Shown here: piece after piece, positions 58,169 through 64,000 of the stretch
How positions within the stretch are numbered: position 1 is the stretch's first letter
How the letters are laid out: each line of letters starts with the position of its first letter
Assembly (NCBI GenBank): GCA_963790475.1
Contig: CAWBOS010000015.1
Location: 578,369-642,368, forward strand
DNA from: an uncultured delta proteobacterium
GTDB taxonomy: Bacteria > Desulfobacterota > RBG-13-43-22
Direction of reading: 5' to 3'
Length of the DNA: 64,000 nucleotides
The notes under the pieces: model-generated
Databases searched by the model: none
Told to the model about the DNA's origin: nothing
Seen by the model: only the letters and a program-made list of their open reading frames with translations
Made by a program: the position numbers and the translations under genes

Positions 58169-58459
58169 GTGTCTGATTTATTTAAAGTTGACATATTAGG
58201 AAATGAGTATACCCTGAGAGGGGATTTAGACCCCGGGCTATTGGAAAAGGTATCTGCTTTACTCAATGAAAGGATTAAAGAAGTCCAGGCCTCGATGCCT
58301 TCCGCCAACAAGGTCCATCTGGTCATATTGACCGCTTTGAACATAGCCTATGACTACCTTCTAACCAAAGAAACCCTGGATCAGATGGAAAAGATGGTGG
58401 AAGCCAAAAGCCGGCAATGGATAACAAAGTTAGATTCACCACCTCAATTAAATAAATGA
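58169..58459 (+). CDS. zapA: Cell division protein ZapA
   Basis: V.ILG.EY, ILTALNIA. Confidence 0.88.
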   Translation: MSDLFKVDILGNEYTLRGDLDPGLLEKVSALLNERIKEVQASMPSANKVHLVILTALNIAYDYLLTKETLDQMEKMVEAKSRQWITKLDSPPQLNK

Positions 58460-58479
58460 GGTTTTATCATATATATTGA

Positions 58480-58648
58480 ATGAGCAAGAAGAAATAATGA
58501 GCCTGCTATCCTCAAAAGGTTTGGGTCAACGATATAGTAACCAATATGATCTTTTAATAAATTTTCCCTATAAACCCTGAAACCCATCTTTTGATTTAGC
58601 TCTCCGCTCCGGTTAAACCCCCCGGTTATTCCTTCGCCGCTTGTTCAT
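58480..58648. ncRNA. Candidate 6S-like long hairpin RNA
   Basis: Nested complementary blocks ATGAGCAAG/CTTGTTCAT, GAGC/GCTC, TCAAAAG/CTTTTGA, TATAG/CTATA; lies directly downstream of zapA. Confidence 0.4.
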
Positions 58649-58714
58649 AAGTTAATTCCAGAATAATATGCATTTGTAATCTAAAAAAACCATTCGTTTT
58701 ATCAAAAGGAACTC

Positions 58715-60289
58715 ATGGCGATCTCAACACAATTGATAAGTCTGGTCAGCGGAATTCTCCTCGCCCTCTTTCTGGGAATCCTGATCGGTTTTTTTATCCG
58801 AAAGAAATTTACCGAGAGCAGGGTAGAATCCATCGAGGCCCTTTCCAAAAAGATTGTCGAAGAAGCCAAAAAAGAGGCCGAAACCGTTAAAAAAGAAGCT
58901 ATGTTACAAGCTAAGGACAGCCTCTATCAGATGAAAATGGAATTCGAAAAGGAGACCAAGGAACGAAAGCAGGAAATTCAAGATCAGGAAAAAAGAATCT
59001 TGAACAAAGAGCAGAATCTGGATCGAAAGATTGAAGTCATCGAAAAAAGGGAGTTGGAATTTGAAAAAAAAGACCGACTTCAGATCCAAAAAGAGAAGGA
59101 TACCCAGGAATTAAAAGAAAAGTATGACTTATTGATCAGCGAACAGAAGAAACAGTTGGAATATCTGGCTGGCATATCTTCCCAGGAAGCCAAGGAATTG
59201 TTACTTCAGGCCATGGAAAATGAGGCCAAACACGAAGCGGCCAAGACCATTCGCCGTTTGGAAAATGAGGCCAAAGAAATTGCCGATAAAAAGGCGAAAG
59301 AAATTATTTCCCTAGCCATAAAGCGGTATGCCGGGGATTATGTGGCTGAAAAAACAGTATCCTATGTCAACCTGCCTAATGAAGAAATGAAAGGTCGGAT
59401 CATTGGACGGGAAGGAAGGAATATCAGGGCCATCGAGGCGGCCACGGGTATTGACCTGATTATTGATGATACCCCGGAGGCCGTTATTCTTTCCGGTTTT
59501 AATTCGGTTCGAAGGGAAGTGGCCCGGCTTTCCCTGGAGAGACTGATCAGCGATGGCCGTATTCATCCGGCCCGTATTGAAGAAGTGGTCAAGAAAGTTT
59601 CTCAGGAAGTGGAGGTAGCTGTCCGGGAGGCCGGCGAGGCAGCCACTTTCGATGTAGGGGTCCATGGGATCCATCCGGAAATGATCAAGCTGGTCGGAAA
59701 ATTGAAATACCGATCCAGTTACGGACAAAATGTGCTTCAACACTCTCTGGAGGTGGCCTTCCTTTGCGGGATCATGGCCGCAGAATTGGGTTTGAATATC
59801 AAACAGGCTAAAAGGGCCGGTTTACTTCATGATATCGGCAAAGCAGTTGACCATGAGGTGGAAGGATCCCATGCCGTTATCGGGGCGGACTTGGCCAAAA
59901 GGTATGGAGAGTCTAACCGTGTTATTCATTCCATTGCTTCCCATCACGAGGATATTCCTCTGGAATCCATCCTGGATGTCCTGGTTCAGGCGGCGGATAC
60001 CCTTTCCGGGGCCCGGCCAGGGGCCAGGAAAGAAATGCTGGAAACCTATGTCAAACGTCTCGAAGACCTAGAAAAGATTGCCCAGTCTTTTGAAGGGATT
60101 GGGAAGACCTTTGCCCTTCAGGCCGGTCGGGAAATTCGAATTATCGTAGAGAGCGAAAAAGTTACCGATAATGATATTTATGTTCTATCGAAAGACATTG
60201 CAAAAAAAATTGAAGAGTGCCTAACCTACCCCGGTCAAATCAAGGTCACGGTAATCAGAGAAATTCGGGCCGTGGAATACGCCAAATAA
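58715..60289 (+). CDS. rny: Ribonuclease Y
   Basis: N-terminal TM, coiled coil, [12 protein letters not shown] (KH), LLHDIGK (HD). Confidence 0.97.
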   Translation: MAISTQLISLVSGILLALFLGILIGFFIRKKFTESRVESIEALSKKIVEEAKKEAETVKKEAMLQAKDSLYQMKMEFEKETKERKQEIQDQEKRILNKEQNLDRKIEVIEKRELEFEKKDRLQIQKEKDTQELKEKYDLLISEQKKQLEYLAGISSQEAKELLLQAMENEAKHEAAKTIRRLENEAKEIADKKAKEIISLAIKRYAGDYVAEKTVSYVNLPNEEMKGRIIGREGRNIRAIEAATGIDLIIDDTPEAVILSGFNSVRREVARLSLERLISDGRIHPARIEEVVKKVSQEVEVAVREAGEAATFDVGVHGIHPEMIKLVGKLKYRSSYGQNVLQHSLEVAFLCGIMAAELGLNIKQAKRAGLLHDIGKAVDHEVEGSHAVIGADLAKRYGESNRVIHSIASHHEDIPLESILDVLVQAADTLSGARPGARKEMLETYVKRLEDLEKIAQSFEGIGKTFALQAGREIRIIVESEKVTDNDIYVLSKDIAKKIEECLTYPGQIKVTVIREIRAVEYAK

Positions 60290-60300
60290 TTAGAAAGAAA

Positions 60301-60374
60301 CGGTGAATCGGGGAACGGGAGAAGCGGGACTCAAGGTTATCCCCGTTTCTCCCTCTCTCCCCTTCTCCGGTTCG
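60301..60374. repeat. Inverted degenerate 8-mer arms (GGAGAANC / GNTTCTCC)
   Basis: cggtgaatcggggaacgggagaagcgg ... ccccgtttctccctctctccccttctccggttc. Confidence 0.6.
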
Positions 60375-60393
60375 TCAACCAAAGGAATTTAAC

Positions 60394-61185
60394 TTGCCCG
60401 TTAATATCCTATTCATAGGTGATATCATTGGAAAACCAGGCCGTAAAGCGGTAAGAGAATTATTGCCCCCTTTGATGGATCGATTCCAGGTCGACCTGGT
60501 GGTGGCCAACGGAGAAAATGCCTCCGGAGGCATTGGGATTTCGATAAAAGGGGCTGATGAATTGTTATCCGGTGGTATCCATGTGCTGACTTCAGGAAAT
60601 CATATTTGGAAAAAAAAGGAGATCCTGACCTATATTCAACAGAACCCGGACTTGATCCGGCCGGCCAATTATCCTGCCGGAACGCCGGGCAAAGGTTCGG
60701 TGATCAAAGAAATCCGTTCCGGATATAAGGTGGCCGTTGTTAATTTATTAGGCAGGACCTTTATGGAGGCCTTAGACTGCCCCTTTAGGAGAAGTTTGGA
60801 GGAAAGGGCTCGGTTGATTGATGAAACCCCGATAATTCTGGTGGACATTCATGCCGAGGCGACTTCAGAGAAGGTCGCTTTGGGTTGGTTTTTGGATGGC
60901 AAGGTCAGTGCGGTTTTAGGAACTCATACCCATATTCAAACCTCCGATGAAAAGGTCTTACCCCAGGGGACGGCTTATATGACCGATGTGGGGATGACCG
61001 GACCAACGGATTCGGTGATCGGGGTGGAGAAAGCATTGGCGATTGATCGGTTTCTGACTCAGATGCCCCATAAATTCGAAGTGGCCAAAAGAGCGTTGGT
61101 CCTGGAGGGGGCGGTAGTTTCTATTGATCCGGAAACGGGGCGAGCGACGGGGATAACCCGGATCAGGGAAAGAAGTTCTGAGTGA
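60394..61185 (+). CDS. ymdB: TIGR00282/YmdB metallophosphoesterase
   Basis: GDIIG.PG, NGEN, TSGNH, HAEATSEK, GTHTH, TDVGMTG. Confidence 0.93.
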   Translation: MPVNILFIGDIIGKPGRKAVRELLPPLMDRFQVDLVVANGENASGGIGISIKGADELLSGGIHVLTSGNHIWKKKEILTYIQQNPDLIRPANYPAGTPGKGSVIKEIRSGYKVAVVNLLGRTFMEALDCPFRRSLEERARLIDETPIILVDIHAEATSEKVALGWFLDGKVSAVLGTHTHIQTSDEKVLPQGTAYMTDVGMTGPTDSVIGVEKALAIDRFLTQMPHKFEVAKRALVLEGAVVSIDPETGRATGITRIRERSSE

Positions 61186-61241
61186 TCAGTTCGGAGTTCG
61201 GAGACGAAGATGCCTTTACTCCGAACTCATCACTCAGAACT
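61174..61241. repeat. Inverted heptamer arms (24-bp stem, one mismatch)
   Basis: agttctgagtgatcagttcggagt versus actccgaactcatcactcagaact. Confidence 0.8.
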
Positions 61242-61275
61242 GCTATCTCTGAATTTTAAAAGGGGAGTATTCTAA

Positions 61276-62505
61276 TTGAAGAACTTTTATCTCACCTTAG
61301 AGGAACGCGGGTTTCTCGAACAGGCGACCGACCCTGAAGAGTTGGAAGCACTTTTCGAGACAAAGACCATTTCGGCGTACATCGGTTTTGATCCCACGGC
61401 CAAGAGTCTGCATGTCGGGAGTCTGATTCCCATCATGGCCCTGTCCCACCTGCAACAGCATGGACATCGTCCAATTGCCCTGGTAGGCGGCGGCACCGCT
61501 TTAATTGGAGACCCAAGCGGCAAAACTGAGATGCGTCCGGTATTAAGTCACAGAGAGATTCGTGATAATGCCGAAGGATTGAAGCAGCAATTGGCCCGTT
61601 ATATGACCTTGGATGGTCACCAGGGTCAATTGGCAAATAATATGGATTGGCTGGCCCCTCTGAATTACATTGAATTTTTAAGGGATATCGGCCGTCATTT
61701 CAGCATCAACCGAATGCTGGCCGCTGAATCGGTTAAGCAGCGTCTGGAAACAGGTTTATCCTTTATAGAATTCAACTATCAATTGCTTCAGGCCTATGAT
61801 TTTTTTCATCTTTATTGCCATGAGGGTTGTTTGCTCCAAATGGGGGGATCGGATCAATGGGGAAACATTGTGGCCGGGACCGACCTGATACGAAGAATGA
61901 AAGGGGGCAAAGCCTATGGCCTGACCTTTCCTTTGATTGTGACCAGTTCCGGCGAAAAGATGGGTAAGACGGCCAAGGGAGCGGTGTGGCTTGACCCTGA
62001 GCGAACCAGTCCTTACGAGTATTACCAATTTTGGATCAATACTGAGGATCAGGATGTTGGACGATTTTTGGCCCTCTTTACCTTTTTGCCCATGAATAAA
62101 GTCCGGGAGTTGTCTCAAAAACAGGGCGCGGATTTACGGGAAGTCAAAGAGATATTGGCTATGGAGGCCACTGCGATTACCCATGGCCGGGATGAAGCGG
62201 AAAAAGCTCGCGAAACCTCCCGGACCCTTTTTTCCGGACAGGGTTCAGACCTGGAGTCGGTCCCGACTTCTATCATAGCCGAGGGAAAACTGGAACAGGG
62301 GCTTGAGGCTTATCTCTTGCTTGTGGAATCCGGTATTTGTCAAACCCGCAGTGAGGCCAGAAGGCTGATAGCCCAGGGCGGAGTGGCTTTGAATGATCAA
62401 CGAATCCCTTCCTTTGATTTTAAGATTTCGGCGCACCAGGTTAAGGATCATACCCTGCTGTTGAAGATTGGCAAGAAAAGATTCCATAAAATCATTTTCT
62501 CGTGA
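61276..62505 (+). CDS. tyrS: Tyrosyl-tRNA synthetase
   Basis: GFDPTA..LHVG, QMGGSDQWGN, KMGKT, C-terminal S4 domain. Confidence 0.97.
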   Translation: MKNFYLTLEERGFLEQATDPEELEALFETKTISAYIGFDPTAKSLHVGSLIPIMALSHLQQHGHRPIALVGGGTALIGDPSGKTEMRPVLSHREIRDNAEGLKQQLARYMTLDGHQGQLANNMDWLAPLNYIEFLRDIGRHFSINRMLAAESVKQRLETGLSFIEFNYQLLQAYDFFHLYCHEGCLLQMGGSDQWGNIVAGTDLIRRMKGGKAYGLTFPLIVTSSGEKMGKTAKGAVWLDPERTSPYEYYQFWINTEDQDVGRFLALFTFLPMNKVRELSQKQGADLREVKEILAMEATAITHGRDEAEKARETSRTLFSGQGSDLESVPTSIIAEGKLEQGLEAYLLLVESGICQTRSEARRLIAQGGVALNDQRIPSFDFKISAHQVKDHTLLLKIGKKRFHKIIFS

Positions 62506-62514
62506 TCTTTTTTC

Positions 62515-62625
62515 TTGACATATTATTTCTAACTGGTTATGGTACTATTTTTACTTTGCCTGGGGGATAATAGCTCTTGACAAAATAAGAAAAGTAGGTT
62601 ATCTTTTTTACTTGATCTTTGAAAA
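62515..62625 (+). promoter_or_regulatory. Tandem rrn promoters P1/P2 and boxA
   Basis: TTGACA-17-TATGGT (62515), TTGACA-17-TATCTT (62577), TGATCTTTGAAAA (62613). Confidence 0.8.
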
Positions 62626-62685
62626 CTAAATAGTGAGCCGTTTTGTGGTCCCTTTTTTAATTTGTAAATGAATAAGCTTTCCAGT

Positions 62686-64000
<1,315 letters not shown>

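Noticed and set aside
1076-61241. Repeat arrays as a possible CRISPR array
   Set aside because: There are no regularly spaced 25-40 bp repeats with unique spacers and no cas genes.

Overview
This is a 64-kb chromosomal window of an anaerobic Desulfobacterota (deltaproteobacterial) organism, judged from the 16S rRNA 5' part, tetraheme cytochrome c3, HdrABC and a selenocysteine ORF. From left to right it holds: (1) a TSUP + TIGR02186-like membrane pair converging on a signalling operon of two atypical PEP-synthase-like proteins, a Cache/PAS histidine kinase and two stand-alone receivers; (2) an antiporter/USP pair, a YihY remnant, an orphan solute-binding protein, a second TSUP, gcvH, two Ig-like lipoproteins, a porin and serA; (3) a co-directional cluster of a four-subunit 2-oxoacid:ferredoxin oxidoreductase, HdrA-MvhD fusion, HdrC, HdrB and a HesB/IscA-like selenoprotein missed by the ORF track; (4) a sigma54 two-component system, a GGDEF protein and a TetR-RND efflux operon with many +1 frameshifts, probably sequencing indels; (5) ferredoxin, cytochrome c3, tatA, three metabolic enzymes and a housekeeping block (mazG, cvpA, phoH, 7TM-HD, ybeY-pdxJ fusion, nth, holA, dodecin, zapB, zapA, rny, ymdB, tyrS) ending in an rRNA operon. 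Intergenic DNA is rich in MITE-like elements (two with target-site duplications) and inverted 7-8-mer tandem repeats. I saw no CRISPR array, tRNA or transposase. All calls come from motif recognition only; no searches were run.
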